Part shown: piece after piece, positions 26,801 to 40,786 of the stretch
Numbering within the stretch: position 1 is the first letter of the stretch
Layout: every line of letters starts with the position of its first letter
NCBI GenBank assembly: GCA_964016885.1
Contig: OZ024741.1
Span: 229,648,001 to 229,712,000 of the forward strand
DNA from: Eledone cirrhosa
Lineage: Eukaryota
DNA length: 64,000 nucleotides
Direction of reading: 5' to 3'
The notes under the pieces: model-generated
What the model was told of the DNA's origin: nothing
The model's database searches: none
Seen by the model: only the letters and a program-made list of their open reading frames with translations
Made by a program: the position numbers and the translations under genes

Positions 26801-27357
26801 ATATTTCTTAAAACACCTTTCAAGGCATGGTAAAAGTTTACTTTTTCTTCATCGACAGAATTCATAGTTGGAGCATACACACTCACCAGGGTCGCATATC
26901 TTCCTTTGTCCAGCGGAATTCTCATGGACATAAGACGCTCACTAATCCGTACTGGGAATTCTTCTAATTTATTCACAAGAACAGTCTTAACAGCAAATCC
27001 TACCCCAGCCTCTCTTCTGGTTCCTTCATATCTTCCTTTCCAGAAGAATGTATATTCTCCACAAAAGTCTGTAAGATGACCATCTCCAGCTAACCTCGTC
27101 TCAGGATCGTAACGTCGAAGCTCCTTTGCTACAAGAGCGGTCCTTCGTTCAGGATGCTCCAAGGAATCCCCGTCAAGCATCGTCCGTACGTTCCAGCAGC
27201 CAAGACTAAATGCCTTGTTTGGCTCTATTACAATGGCACGATGACGAGCGGGCCTAGGCTGTGATAACCTGGGGCCCCTGCCCTTATTGCCAATTATCTT
27301 TTTTGTTCCAGAACCTAAATTGCCAATTATCTCTTTTATATTGTCCTGGAACATCAT
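23830..27357 (-). mobile_element. RTE-clade LINE (APE endonuclease, RT, C-terminal C2H2 finger), disrupted
   Basis: GCWNVRT, SVYAPT, GDFNARVG, LDYVL, TDHR (APE); SPGMDG, YRGISLL, FVDLTKAFDTV, GVKQGD, YADD (RT); RWTGHL.RM.D.R.PK; CSVC..HLRSH. Several stops and frameshifts. Confidence 0.93.
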
Positions 27358-27699
27358 TGAAATGGAAAAAAAAAAAAAAAAAAAAAAGTAATAATAATAG
27401 TAACAATAATAATAATAATAACGATTTCATTTATTGGCCACAAGGGCCGACATATAGGGGACAATACAAAAGACTGGGACAGTGGGGTTTTACAGAAAAA
27501 TCGACTAAACAATATGAATAACAATAACAAAGTAACAATAACAAAGTAAAAATAAAGTAACAATAAAATTACAAGAAAAAATTCCCCAATAGGGGGGATG
27601 ACCAACTAGGGTTCGCTCAGGTACCCCACCAGTCCTGAACGACCCGACGCTTCGAGAGCACCCTGGAAGCGCACCCTTCTCCTCTTCAAATTTACCTAC

Positions 27700-30600
27700 C
27701 TACAGCCGCATGACCAGAGTAGGCCCACTCACACGGGCCATTCTCGCCACATTCACCCACCTTTCAGCAAATGTACTGGGGGGCAGCGCTTCTTTCTCCA
27801 CCCTCACCTTCCTTTCCAAGTGAAACTTGAAAAAGTTGATGAGGCATTCGCCGAAGAGAAAAGTGTCTGTCTTCAGTCCTTTCAACCTGGTCCACCATAC
27901 AACCTCTTTCGCTACTGCCACCAGACAGAGGAAAATTGCCTGCCCTTCCTGGCCAAAAGAAGGCGGCGGGTCGATCTTCACTATGGACTCGGCCGATAGC
28001 CGGATCCGTTCTACACACGACAACAGCTGTTCAACATAACTCCACAAGTCAGTAATGCACGGACACTGGACGAGTGCGTGCAGAACGGTTTCGTCGCTCT
28101 GCGCGCATCTCGGACAAGTCCGTCTGACAGCACTTCCGTGCCTGTAGAGTTTATTTCGAACCGGCAGTGCCCCTCGGTAGCACTGCCAAGCGAGGGATTT
28201 TTGGAAATTATCCATCGTCCCCAGCTCGAAAGTCCTCCGGTACAGACTGGTTAGTTCGACTTCGTTGACTCCCAGAGCCTCTCCGAGTGCGTCGTCGCAC
28301 TTGCCCACCACTAATCCTCTATAGAACTCGAGAGTGGAAGTTCCACTGACAGCATTGCCCGCCTGGTAGAGGGCTGTGAGTTCCTGGCAACATTCCAGAT
28401 GCCAGTCACCCAGTCTCGGTCTCTTCTTGACCCAGGACTGCAACTCAGTCAAAGAAACGAGCTGCGGAAAGGCCCGTCTGACAAACGGCGACCACACCTG
28501 TTCACCGTTTAGGCAGAATATCTGGAGATGCTGCAGCCTCAGCGCGTGCCTGCGAATCATTAGCCACGGCATGCCCAGCCCTCCACGTAGAGGGTGCTGG
28601 CAGCAGATGGACCGCCTCACCAGCGGAACCTGACCCCTCCACAAGTATTTGAAGAGGAGCCGCTCCAAGATGGCGAGGCCCGAACGGGGGCAAGGGACCA
28701 CATTCAGAAGGTAGTAGATGACGGACGCGATGTACGCGTTCGTCACCTCCGCCCGACCTTTCAGTGATAGCTTCATCCCAGCCCATATCTGGGTGAGACT
28801 GACTACCCTGCTCGTCACCTCGTCCCAATTCTTATCCACCTGGAGGTCTGGCCTGAACCAAACCCCTAGCAACTTTACCGGTCCGTCCGTCCAGCGCCTA
28901 ACGACGCTGTTGGACGGCATGGTCTTGCCTCTCCAGGTGCCGAGTTGCAAGCCCACTGACTTTTCCGGGTTAAGTTTTGCTCCCGTCAACCTTTCATATT
29001 CCTCCAATAAGTTACCGACCACCTCGATTTCTAAGGTGTCCGACACCATCACGGTGATGTCGTCCGCATAAGCCGTCACACCTTTCCGCGTCCCGGTTCG
29101 AGCGGGATGCCCTGCAACAGCTCCAGCTTCCGCAGTAAAGGCTCGAGAGTCAATACGTACAGGTGCCGCTGTGCATCGCAGCGATCCAGCTTCTGAAGAC
29201 GGGGCCGAAGCCAGCCGCCTTGGGGACAGCCTCCAGGTACCGACTATCGACCCTATCGAATGCTTTCGATTGATCTAAATTAATCAGAGCCCCACCGAAG
29301 CCAGGTTTACACCCTACCCTCTCTATGATGTATCGCATTAGGTGGAGATTGTTGTGTATGGACCTGGTTGGGATTGCGCAAGTTTGCGCCTCCCCAAACA
29401 AATCCCCGACGACAAGCGCCAACCTCTTCGCTAACACCCTGGCCAAAATCTTAAACTCTGTGTTGAGCAGAGTTATGGGCCTGAAATTGTCTAATGTGTC
29501 CTTCTTGTTCTCGTCTTTCCTTATCAGCGTCACTACGCCCCGGCTCACAGAACTGGGAATACTCCCGTTTTGCTGCCAGTTGCAGTAGAGGGCTTCGAGG
29601 AGATTGGAGTACAAGTCTGGCATATTTACGTAAAGCTCGTAGGGCAGACCATCCAAACCGGGTGACTTGCGCCTCATGCAGCCGACAAGGGCATCCTGAA
29701 TCTCGGCTGAAGTAATTTGTGTTTCGCAGCGCCCAGCGTCAGCCGTCGCGAGTTGCGGCAAGCCATTGAGGTAGGGACTGAAGTCCGCCACCATCTCTGA
29801 CCCGCCACTTCCACCGAACAACCGAGCAAAATGTTGGCGAAAGGCCTCACACATCCTCTTGGAATCGCTCAGCTCGTGCCCGTCTCTGTCCGTCAAAGAC
29901 CTAAGCGTGGTTTTATTACCACGCTGCGCCTCTGCCCATCGAACAGCTTTGGTTCCCTCGTTTCTCAGAGCACGCGCCTTAGCTCTGACAATGCAACCTT
30001 CGTGTTTCGCATTGAAGAAATGGTCTAATGCCATTCTCGCCGCTAGCACATCAGTTGCAATGCCACTACCAATAGCCTTGTCTAATTTATCTACCAACTC
30101 CCCCTCCTTTTTATTTTTCTCTAATGCTAGTTCTTTGTTAAACTCTATCGACATTACTCTAATCTCTCTTTTGAGAGCCCCCCACCATCTATTGTTGACG
30201 ATTCCCCCTGTCAACTTTTTCTTAACTAAATTGTTGACCTGGTCCCTGTAAGCCTTACGTGCCGGAAATGACATGTTTAGCTTCCAGTAACCAGGTCCTA
30301 ACCTACGCGTCTTATCTAGGTCGACCATACAGATCACAAACTTGTGATCTGAATAGGCGACCTTTTCAAAACATGGACAGCTTACACTATTTCTGTCTAT
30401 TTTCCTAATGAATATCCTGTCTATATACAATCTAGATGACCCTATGCGGTTAGCCCAGGTCCACACTGGCGCATTAGGGAAATCTAGTCGGTACCTGTCA
30501 GACAGTTGGAACTGGCTGATCAGGTTCTTGAGGCTTTTGCACCCCCCGCTCCTATCGGATACTCCCACACAGTCCCAGCGTGCGTCTAAGATGCCGTTCC

Positions 30601-31024
30601 AGTCCCCCGCTAACAGTAAAGGGCGAGACGTACCCAGAAAGGCTTCCAGGCGTCTAAAGAAGTCCGCCCGTCCTGCCCCAGTAGGAGCATAGACGGCCAC
30701 CAGTCTAAAGGCACCACCTTCATTATTGTTCACGTCCAGGACCACCAACCTCCCGTCCGGGTCCCGGAAGATCGACCTTACCTCGAGATCCAGGCCTTTC
30801 CTAAACAGCACTGCCACCCCGCCTCCCATTCCCGGCCAGCTAACAGATGCAAAGATCTGATAGTCGTCGAAAATGGGGGCTAGTGCGCGCGTGTCGGAAA
30901 TCCTGGTCTCGCTGACTGCAATTACATCCATTTCTATAGACCTGAGGTCGTTGAGCAGGTGACCCTGCTTCCAGGACGAACATAGGCCTCGAACATTTAA
31001 ACATCCTACTCTTAATACGGCCAT
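27700..31024 (-). pseudogene. LINE ORF2 (APE, RT, zf-RVT), interrupted near 29080-29150
   Basis: LNVRG, SET, VYAP, GDWN, IDRI, SDH; SPGLDGL, FRPITLLN, DQSKAFDRV, AYADD, GGLG, CPRC..ETVLHAL..C. The Q-G motif region appears to be missing. Confidence 0.92.
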
Positions 31025-31055
31025 GTTGGCAGGTTAAACAGAGAGAGAGGAAGGT

Positions 31056-33038
31056 TTACTTACCCTCCGGGCTCTTGTGAAGGTCGGGTTGTTCGACCTC
31101 CATAGTTAGTGGGGTTTCTTTTGGGAACCCCTTTAAAAGCCTTGAAGTGGGTTTTACGTTCGGGGTTCCCACGTACCGAGGAAAGCTGTCTCGTATTTCT
31201 TTGAATATGTCGAGCGACATTCGCACCAGAACCAAATCTTCCGGCACGCGAAATGTGCTCGATTTAAAAATTTCCCCCTCTTTTTGTATATTTTCACTTC
31301 GTGCTATGAGGGCCATCAGTTCTTTGTTGGCCCTCCTGACGAGCACGAAGTTTTCTATGTTTTGTTGGTGTGATTTTATTTGTTTGCGTGGTTGTGGTGG
31401 TGAAGGTTTTGGTGGTGTTGTTTCGGTTGTATCTGTGTTTGTTGTGAGTGCGGTGTCTGTGGTTTCAGATGTTTGTGTGTATATTTGTTCTTGCGTCTGT
31501 TTCAGTTGTTTGCGTTTGGGGATTCTGGTGATGGTGATGGTGGTGTTGATGTTGGTGTTATTGGAGAGATGTTTGCGTGGGTGGTGTCTGCGTTTTTTAT
31601 TGTGGGTGCTTTTGTGCTTTGTTGAGTTGTATTTTTCTTTTTGTGTTTCCTTTTTTGTATTTTGGGGGATTTTGGATTTCCCTCATTTTCACTACTGGTA
31701 GATGAGGGGTCTGTGTCTGTAAGTGTGTCTGTATGTATGTTTATGGTTTTATTGGTGTGTGTATTTTTTTTTGGGGGGGGGGGGGGGGAATTTGACAGCT
31801 TTCCTCGTTTCCCCCCTGGGTGGTCAATGTTGGTGGTGGTCTTTCTATTGGTGTTGTTGTTGGTGGTTTTGCCGGTGCTGGTGTTGGTTGTGGTCCTCGC
31901 CCCGGCGTCGGCAGCAGTGGAGCCTTTCAACCCCTTGCCTCGTTCAGCAGTTGAGGGCAGAAGGTTCGCAAATGGGTTTTTTCCCCACAAACAAAACACT
32001 GCGGCCTTTTGACTTCGGTCATAATGTGAATGACCGTCCCATTCTGAAGGCGGATGTGGTCCGGGATTGTCTTCACATTCTCGGGCCTGATCTGGAGAAG
32101 GATCTCCAGATCAACCCCGGACCAGTCCTCTCTGGCCGTTCTGGTCACTTCTATAGGGACTGTATCCGTCCCCTCCACAATCACACATCCCAGAAGCCAT
32201 CACATGTCAAGTCCTGGTGGGATTCTGGGAATGCGGAGACGGGCCGTTCTTTTTGCCATGTGGGAGGGGTACATTATGACCTTGCTGGTTTTGCAAGGAG
32301 TCATAGCGTGTTTCATAGCGAGGGCTTCTGACTTGAACAACACCGAAATGGTGCCGTACTGTCTGCCCCTCTCTATGTACTGGGTGTCTTCTCTGATGCA
32401 CCTCAGCGCGACTTCGACATTTTCTTGTGGGATTAAAGCTGCCCTTTTGGTTTGTGCTGAAATGCATCTATAATGCACCGTTTTGCGCTCCACTGCCTCA
32501 ATAGCTTCTACTGGGACGGTTAAGTTGGCCCAAGTTTGCTCTTGCTTGATGAGCTTCCATGCCTGGGCCAACTTTTCATCTTTGTTTGAGAGGTCCATGT
32601 TGAAGCATGGCCTCTTTTTTGCTGCTGCCGCAGCGAAAGTGTTCTTCATGTTTTCGTTGGGGCTTTTGTTGTCGTTGTTCTTGTTGGTGTTGTTAGCACT
32701 GTCGCTGTTATCATTGTTGTCTTTGTTGCCACCGTTGTTCTCGGTGCAGTTGGTATTGTTGCTGTTGGTGTTGTCGCTATTTGTTTTCATGTTAGTGGTG
32801 TTGATATTGTTGTTGTATTTGTTTTTTTTTTTTTGTTATCTGTATTTTCGTTGTCGCTGTTACTGTCATTTTTTTCAAAATTAGAGTTCTTATTGGTATC
32901 ATTGGTGTCTTTGTTTACCTTGTTTGTGATGGTGTTTGTGTTATCAATGTGTGTTAATTTCGCTGTAGCACTCCTCTCAACTTCTACGTCGTTGTCGCAC
33001 GACAGCCGACATATCGCTGGGGGGCGTGGCTCAGCCAT
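31056..33038 (-). pseudogene. LINE ORF1 with a CCHC zinc knuckle, frameshifted
   Basis: Pieces 33038-32787, 32790-32200, 32184-31927 (CFVCGEKTHLRTFC), 31999-31502 and 31346-31056, directly upstream of ORF2. Confidence 0.7.
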
Positions 33039-33709
33039 GTTTTTTTTTTCTTCGTAAATTTTTTAACATGTAAAAAAAAGTTCAAATATTTGGGCCAAAA
33101 GACCCAATTATTATACTTTCCCCTTCACGGGGCAAAGTCTAAGGGCTTATATTCCTTACACAACAAGAAATATTTAGCAACAAATAATTTTAACAGCAAA
33201 TATAGCGACTTACTGTGAGCGAGCAAAATACGTCCGCTTAGACCAATAATAATAATAATAATAATAATAATACACTATTAATAATTATTAATGCACTCGT
33301 GCAATGCCTGTGCGTGACGAATATGTTTAAAGTGAAGAAAGACTGTGCACTGAGCCAATCCCATTCTCTGAGCGACAGTAGCTATAACCCGAAAAGAAGA
33401 AAAGATCAACATCATCGGTAACTACTGAGCCGCAGGTTTTATGTCGGAGTTAACCCAGTTTCATGAGATGCCTTCTCCTAGAAGAATGCCCTGACAAGGG
33501 CTAGGGGTTCTTCACTCCCAGTGACATACACATATACATACATATATACACGCATATATACATATATATACATATATATACACATATACATACATACACA
33601 CACATACACATATACACACATATACACACATATATACATATACACATATACATATATACACACATATACATATATACATATATATATACATACATATATA
33701 CATATATAC

Positions 33710-34463
33710 ACTAACCTCCCCAGATTATTCTTCTCATTATTGGAAAAAAACTTCCCACCAGGCAATAGATATCGCAACATAATTAACAAAAACGTAATTA
33801 AATTATCCTATTTGACCACACCTAACCTCGCATCAGACCTAGCACGCACGAACATTAGGAAAACTAGGGAAGGTTTCGAAGCAATTAAAATGGCAGTTAA
33901 CCACCAGCAACCGACTACACTGGAAAATTGGGCAACATAATAGCATCAATGGGCCATCTAATGATATAGAGGCACCTAGTGATAATGCTAGTAACCAAAC
34001 TTCGGGAGGTGCGCTAACTAATCGAACCCGCAGTTGCAATTGTAGGCGGAGTAGTAATTGTCACCTAAGGGGGGATTGCCTCATGAAAAACATCGTATAT
34101 GCATGTGACGTAACCACACACAACTCTACCAAAACATATATAGGAGCAACGTCCAATACATTTAAAACTAGATTTAACGCGCATATGTACACATTTAGAC
34201 ACGATAGACATAAGAATGCCACCTCACTGGCGGTATACATCTCCTTTTTAAAAAATAATAGTACACCATACAAACCTTTTTGGAGGAAGCTTACTAGATC
34301 CACGCCATACCGACCACAGAGCGGAAGTTGTGACCTGTGTTTACTGGAATGCCATGCCATAATACACTCTAAACTGAACCTGCTTAACAGGAAATCGGAA
34401 ATTTTCTCCTCTTGCCAACACAAAATCCTGAGTTCCTTCTTCTATTTTAAACCTAGCACATAG
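33710..34463 (+). mobile_element. PLE (Naiad-like) 3' fragment with GIY-YIG
   Basis: LEKNFPPGNRYRNIINKNVIKLSY; CNC..C.L.G.C..NIVY..YIGATSNTFKTRF..H; CDLCLLE; LNRKSEIFSSCQH. Confidence 0.85.
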
Positions 34464-34730
34464 ACGTAACATATATCACGCAACACCCACCTAGACTATA
34501 GCCCCCCCCCCCATTCCCCCAACCCGTAACCCAGATAGATAGGTACCCTAAGGGTGGTACAGTCCCCTACAAGATTGATGTTTTTGCGTGTGTGTGTATG
34601 TGTGTGTATGTGTGTGTATGTGTGTATTCTCCTTTTCTCTCTCTCACACACACACACAGACATATGTATGTGTGTGTGCGTGCGTGTGTGCATGCATGCA
34701 TGCATGTGTGCGTGCATTGTATGCATGTAT

Positions 34731-34811
<81 letters not shown>

Positions 34812-35249
34812 TATATTGTGTGTATGTGTATATGTGACATGTAAGTGAATATATGTATGTATGCGTATGTGTGTGTATGTGTATGTGTGAGTGTATGATG
34901 TGTGTATATATGTGTATATGTATGTATACTTTTCTGTAGAAATCCTCTCTATATGTGGTGTGTGGCACGAATTCCTCCTATAATACTCTTCTTTGAGAGG
35001 AGCATGATATGCAGAGTAACACATATGTATTGTCGAAGTTGAAACTGAGAACCACCACCCCTCCTGCTGACCCAAATGTTTACTGAGGACCAGAACACCA
35101 TTCCCCGCAATATAAGAGAGAAATGCGCTTGCCGGACTATTGATGACAATAACATCACATTCCAAGGTAATGGCAAAACACAGTGAATGCTATGCACGAC
35201 CAGAACACCACAACATGCACATCTGAGCAACACAGATATAATATCAATA

Positions 35250-35572
35250 GGCGAATCAACTGAATTTTTTGAGTTGAAATGCATATGGAGATGTGTCTGT
35301 GTGTATCGGACACACGTACACATAAAGAAGCTGCTGACCTAAATGTACCTGTCATGCCTGTCTGAATTCCTAAGGGAATTTTCGGCCAGTTGCTGTCTTG
35401 ACCGATTGTAGTACCAGTGGGTGAATCAATTGAGTTTTTTGAGTTGAAATACATATAAATGTGTGTCTGTATGTGTCGGACACACGTACACATAAAGAAG
35501 CTGCTGACCTAAATGTGCCTGTCATGCCTGTCTCAATTCCTAAGAGAATTTTCGGTCAGTTGCTGGCTTGAT
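35250..35572. repeat. ~170-bp direct repeat (two diverged copies)
   Basis: 35250-35403 matches 35420-35572 (gaatcaa..gagttgaaat..cggacacacgtacacataaagaagctgctgacctaaatg..). Confidence 0.8.
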
Positions 35573-36801
35573 CGATTAACCCCACAATTACTACGTAGCG
35601 GTTCTTGCACGTGACTGCTGGACCCGGATGAAACGAAGACGAAGAATTTCCTTGCGTACCGTTTTGTACCACAGATGCGATCTCACCCTGCCTCGTTAAT
35701 GTTCTATCGACACCAAAGTTCAACGTTCGGGCTAATAGAATTGAATCCAACCACCAACAACATAGCTGGATGACCGATAATCACACCAAGCCGGAGTACT
35801 GTGATCCTTGTGATTTCGAGATATACAACCACTGACACTGTTACGAAGACCAGAAAACCATACTCCATAATATTGAACCAAGTGATTGATTTGTGCGACC
35901 AAAATAACACCACACACATATTGAACTAGGAATATTGGATCCTCCGTCAATGTCCAGGTGAGCAAAAATAGATTTCTATCTGCATTGGAATTTACGAACT
36001 TGTGCATCTGCTGTGGTGTCAAAAACAAACGCGTATGACCGCACAGATAAACAACGGACTATGCCACGTGGCTTGAACCTGTAAGTGAATTGAAGGTTCT
36101 GTAACTCTGATACACAGATTATTTATTATTAAGATGTATAAACTTGACATAACTATTATCATCTTATATTCTCTCAACTAATCACATTTGATCATATTTC
36201 TCTATCCCGTTTTCTCCCCCCATAATTATAATATTTTTATTTTTATTTGAAAAAATCGGTTTTTTTACATTGTGTTTTCCCCTCCAAATATTCGCTTATA
36301 TTTCTTTATATATTCTCTATATATTTTTTTACATATATATTTGTTTATCTTTATTTTTTTATCTTTATTATTTCCACTTTTATCCTCCTTTATATTTTAC
36401 CTTATTCTTACTTTTATACCTTATTATAGTGTAATCTTCCCCATGCCTTATTATACACTATTAATTATAGATTATTATTATTACTCTTTTTCCATTTCTA
36501 ATTACCTCATGTACTTTCTCCTCCGCTATATATATATATATATATTGTATACCCTTTGTGTTTGTGTAGCCTCTGCACACCCTCTGCACCATACTATCGA
36601 CGCCACCCCATCTATGGTTCAGCTAACCACTCGACTCCCGGGAATGAATATGACCGCAGCTAGTAAACAAGGACCCACACCCCACCCTCCCGCACCAAAA
36701 TTAGACTTATCGTCCCCTACTTTTGCTCTTTACTCTCTTTCCTCTTTGTTCTTGAATGTTTGGTTGGTAGAGTCCATAACACCAATCAAACCCCTTTTAT
36801 A

Positions 36802-36846
36802 GCTCTGACGAATCCTACGGTTACGTAAGGAAGAAACATTGTAAGC
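36802..36846 (+). ncRNA. Type I hammerhead ribozyme (family H)
   Basis: gct-CTGACGA-atcctacg-gtta-cgtaagga-a-GAAA-cattg-TA-agc. Confidence 0.55.
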
Positions 36847-36889
36847 CAATAAAAATCTTTTGATGTTGTAGACGCTCTTGTGTTCTTTA

Positions 36890-37575
<686 letters not shown>

Positions 37576-37579
37576 ACAT

Positions 37580-38130
37580 AAAAACAGCTCTACAAGCAGA
37601 AAATGCAGATAGGTAAGAGGTACTCACATAACGATATTGACCGTATTTCAGGTTGAGGAGGGGTGGGTGGGAAGGAGGTAGAGAGGCTAAAAGGGGGAAG
37701 TTGTTTTTAGCCATCGGGCATTAACACTGGCTTAAGGTATTTGAAAGTTTTAAAGTTCTTGTACAAGCAGTTCGGGCAGTGTTCAGAGAGTTTGTACGTA
37801 GGTCTCTGAGATACAAACGTCGCAGCCCTTGTGTCCTCCGTTGTAAGAGCGCGCTTTCTGAAGTATTTTCCATTTAAGCGTGAAGGGTTGGAGTTCCTTT
37901 TGAGGTCCCAAACATAGGAGGCGAGTTTTGTCTGGTTTGATTAGTCCGGTCTTCTGAAGGAGTGGGTATGGGCATACCAACGGGTCTTGAAGTTATTGGA
38001 AGTCATGCCGACGTAAGTCTTTTTGTTATTGCAATCATCGGTGCCTGAGATGACATCGCATTTGTATACGATATCATTTGTCAGGCATTTGTTTTCAAGT
38101 GGGCAGGCATCCTTATTTAGGCAATTACAC
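37580..38130 (-). mobile_element. PLE GIY-YIG fragment plus 3' tail
   Basis: CNCLNKDACPLENKCLTNDIVYKC..YVGMTSNNFKTRWYAH..KWKIL.KARSY..CDVCISE. Confidence 0.85.
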
Positions 38131-38134
38131 ACGG

Positions 38135-38590
38135 CCCCAGTCCGTGGTGAAGAGTGTCTCGGACAGGATCTCCAGCCTGTCCGCAAGTAAGGAAATATTC
38201 GATAACAACGCGGAATATTACAACGCAGCTCTAAATAAGGCGGCACATGGCCAAAATATAACATATAGTCCGAAACGCCGGGATGGGGATGGCCCAACGG
38301 ACACCCACACCCGCGTTGTCCGGGGGGGCGAACCCTAACAATATAGGCAGAACAGAAACAAATAGGCAACATGAGCCCGACACCACCACACGGGCGTTGG
38401 TGACGAGTACGCTTAACCATGAGATGAAACCCAATATGAGTAGCAGTCTCAGGGGTGATGCTAACCATCCCAGGCCCGACGACCCCAACCGCAGGACACG
38501 TGGGGGGGGGGGCAACGGCGGACCACCCTACGGTAGATCTCTCAGTGCGGGCAACGACCACCCCCCCAGATTCGGGCCGTTAAGATAGCA
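38135..38590 (+). pseudogene. PLE post-RT segment, inverted relative to the adjacent GIY-YIG
   Basis: RISSLSASKEIFDNNAEYYNAALNKA.H matches the motif at window start (F.EHANYYNAALHRAGH). Confidence 0.65.
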
Positions 38591-38785
38591 AAACGCATAG
38601 CGCCCAAAAGGGAAGCAACAATGCGGGAACCACATATAGCAGTAATTAACGAAGTCAAATTTTAAACATTTGACTTATTTATTTTATTTTATTTTACATT
38701 ACTCCGGAGTAACCAAACCAACCTGCGCACTTCGTCGAGTGCTCCAATCTGCATACTGTGTGTTGGTATACGACCAACATATACT

Positions 38786-38788
<3 letters not shown>

Positions 38789-38856
<68 letters not shown>

Positions 38857-38857
38857 C

Positions 38858-38906
<49 letters not shown>

Positions 38907-38917
38907 TATATATACAT

Positions 38918-38958
<41 letters not shown>

Positions 38959-39181
38959 TATATATACATATATATATATACATATATATATATATACATA
39001 CACACACACATAAACACACATACACATATATACACACACACATATACACACATACATACACATATATATACATATACATATATACATATATATACATATA
39101 TGTATATATATATACACACGCACATACATACACGCACACATATACATACATATACACACACATATATATACACGCACATAT

Positions 39182-39249
<68 letters not shown>

Positions 39250-39354
39250 ATGTATATATACATACACACACATATACATATACATATATACACATACACA
39301 CACATATACACACATACATATACACATACATATATATACATACATATAAACACT

Positions 39355-39386
<32 letters not shown>

Positions 39387-39585
39387 CATATATATACACA
39401 TATATATACATATATATATATATACACATACATATATATAAATAAATACATACATATATATATATACATATACATACATATATATACACATACATATATA
39501 TATATACATATATACACACATATACACATATACACATATATACTCATATATACACACATATACATACATATACATATATACATAT

Positions 39586-39621
<36 letters not shown>

Positions 39622-39700
39622 GCATATACATACATACATATACACATATATACATATATATATATACAAATAAATACTCATAAATATACGCATATACACA
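38789..39700. repeat. (TA)/(CA) compound microsatellite
   Basis: Direct reading. Confidence 0.95.
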
Positions 39701-39704
39701 GGCA

Positions 39705-40170
39705 CATAAAAAGACCTCTACAAGCAGAAAATGCAGATAGGTAAGAGGTACTCACATAACCATAGTGGCCGTATTTCAGGTTGAGGAGGGGTGGGGGTAG
39801 GGTCGGAAGGAGGTAGAGGGGCTAAAAGGAGGAAGTCGTTTTTAGCCATCGGGCATTAACACTGGCTTAAGCTATTTGAAAGTTGCAAATTCTTGTACAT
39901 GCAGTTCGGGCAGTGTTCAGAGAGTTTGTTTAGTAGCGGGCCCTTGGCGAATAAAATTTCGTAGCTCTCTGAGATACAAAGGTCGGAGCCCTTGTGTCCT
40001 CCGCTGTAAGAGCGCGCTTCCTGGAGTATTTTCCATTTAAGCGTGAAGGGGGTGCAATTCCTTTTGAGATCTCAAACATAGGAGGCGAGTGTTGTCTGGT
40101 TTGATTTGTCCGGTTTACTCAAGGAGTGGGTATGGGCATACCAACTGGTCTTAAAGTTATTGGAAGTCAT
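39705..40170 (-). mobile_element. Second diverged copy of the PLE GIY-YIG 3' fragment
   Basis: Direct-repeat homology with ~37575-38006. Confidence 0.85.
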
Positions 40171-40453
40171 TAAATCCATCAACCATGACCGACCCCCAAC
40201 GATCTTATAGACACCTGAAATATAGGCATTGTTAGCTTAAGAGAAACTTAAAAATAAGGAGTGGCACCCCATTCTGAACTTGTTTATAGAATTCTATCTG
40301 CCTTTGTTACTCTAAATATAAATTATAGCTTTAAAGAATTAACTTTTAATGAATTCCCTTTTCTATCAACCAATGACCTCTACCCATCCCACTCCTCACC
40401 CTCTCCTACCACCTGAAGAGACCTATAAATACCATATTTATTTTTTGATACCC

Positions 40454-40504
40454 AGATTCCTGATGATTTCTAAAGAATGAAACAGTTCTAGCCCTGTAGA
40501 ATCT
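40454..40504 (+). ncRNA. Type I hammerhead ribozyme with a true helix III (family G)
   Basis: agattc-CTGATGA-tttc-taaa-gaat-GAAA-cag-ttctagcc-ctg-TA-gaatct. Confidence 0.8.
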
Positions 40505-40513
40505 CATCTATAT

Positions 40514-40665
40514 TAAAACTATATATATATATATATATTTATAACTATAATAAAACTATATATATATATATATATTTATAACTATAATAAAACTATATAT
40601 ATATATATATATTTATAACTATAATAAAACTATATATATATATATATATTTATAACTATAATAAT
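40514..40665. repeat. AT-rich tandem repeat of ~37 bp, about 4 copies
   Basis: aaaactatatatata...tttataactataat repeated. Confidence 0.8.
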
Positions 40666-40717
40666 AGTTGATAATTATAGATAATTATTGAATAAATAAT
40701 AAGTACCCGATTGAGGC

Positions 40718-40786
<69 letters not shown>

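Larger units (their letters stand above)
27389..33244 (-). mobile_element. Near full-length L1/Tx1-clade LINE (~5.85 kb) flanked by (TAA)n
   Basis: Two ORFs. AATAAA near the 3' end (27430-27435, minus) followed by (TTA)n. A (TAA)n run also lies immediately beyond the 5' end at 33245. Confidence 0.9.
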
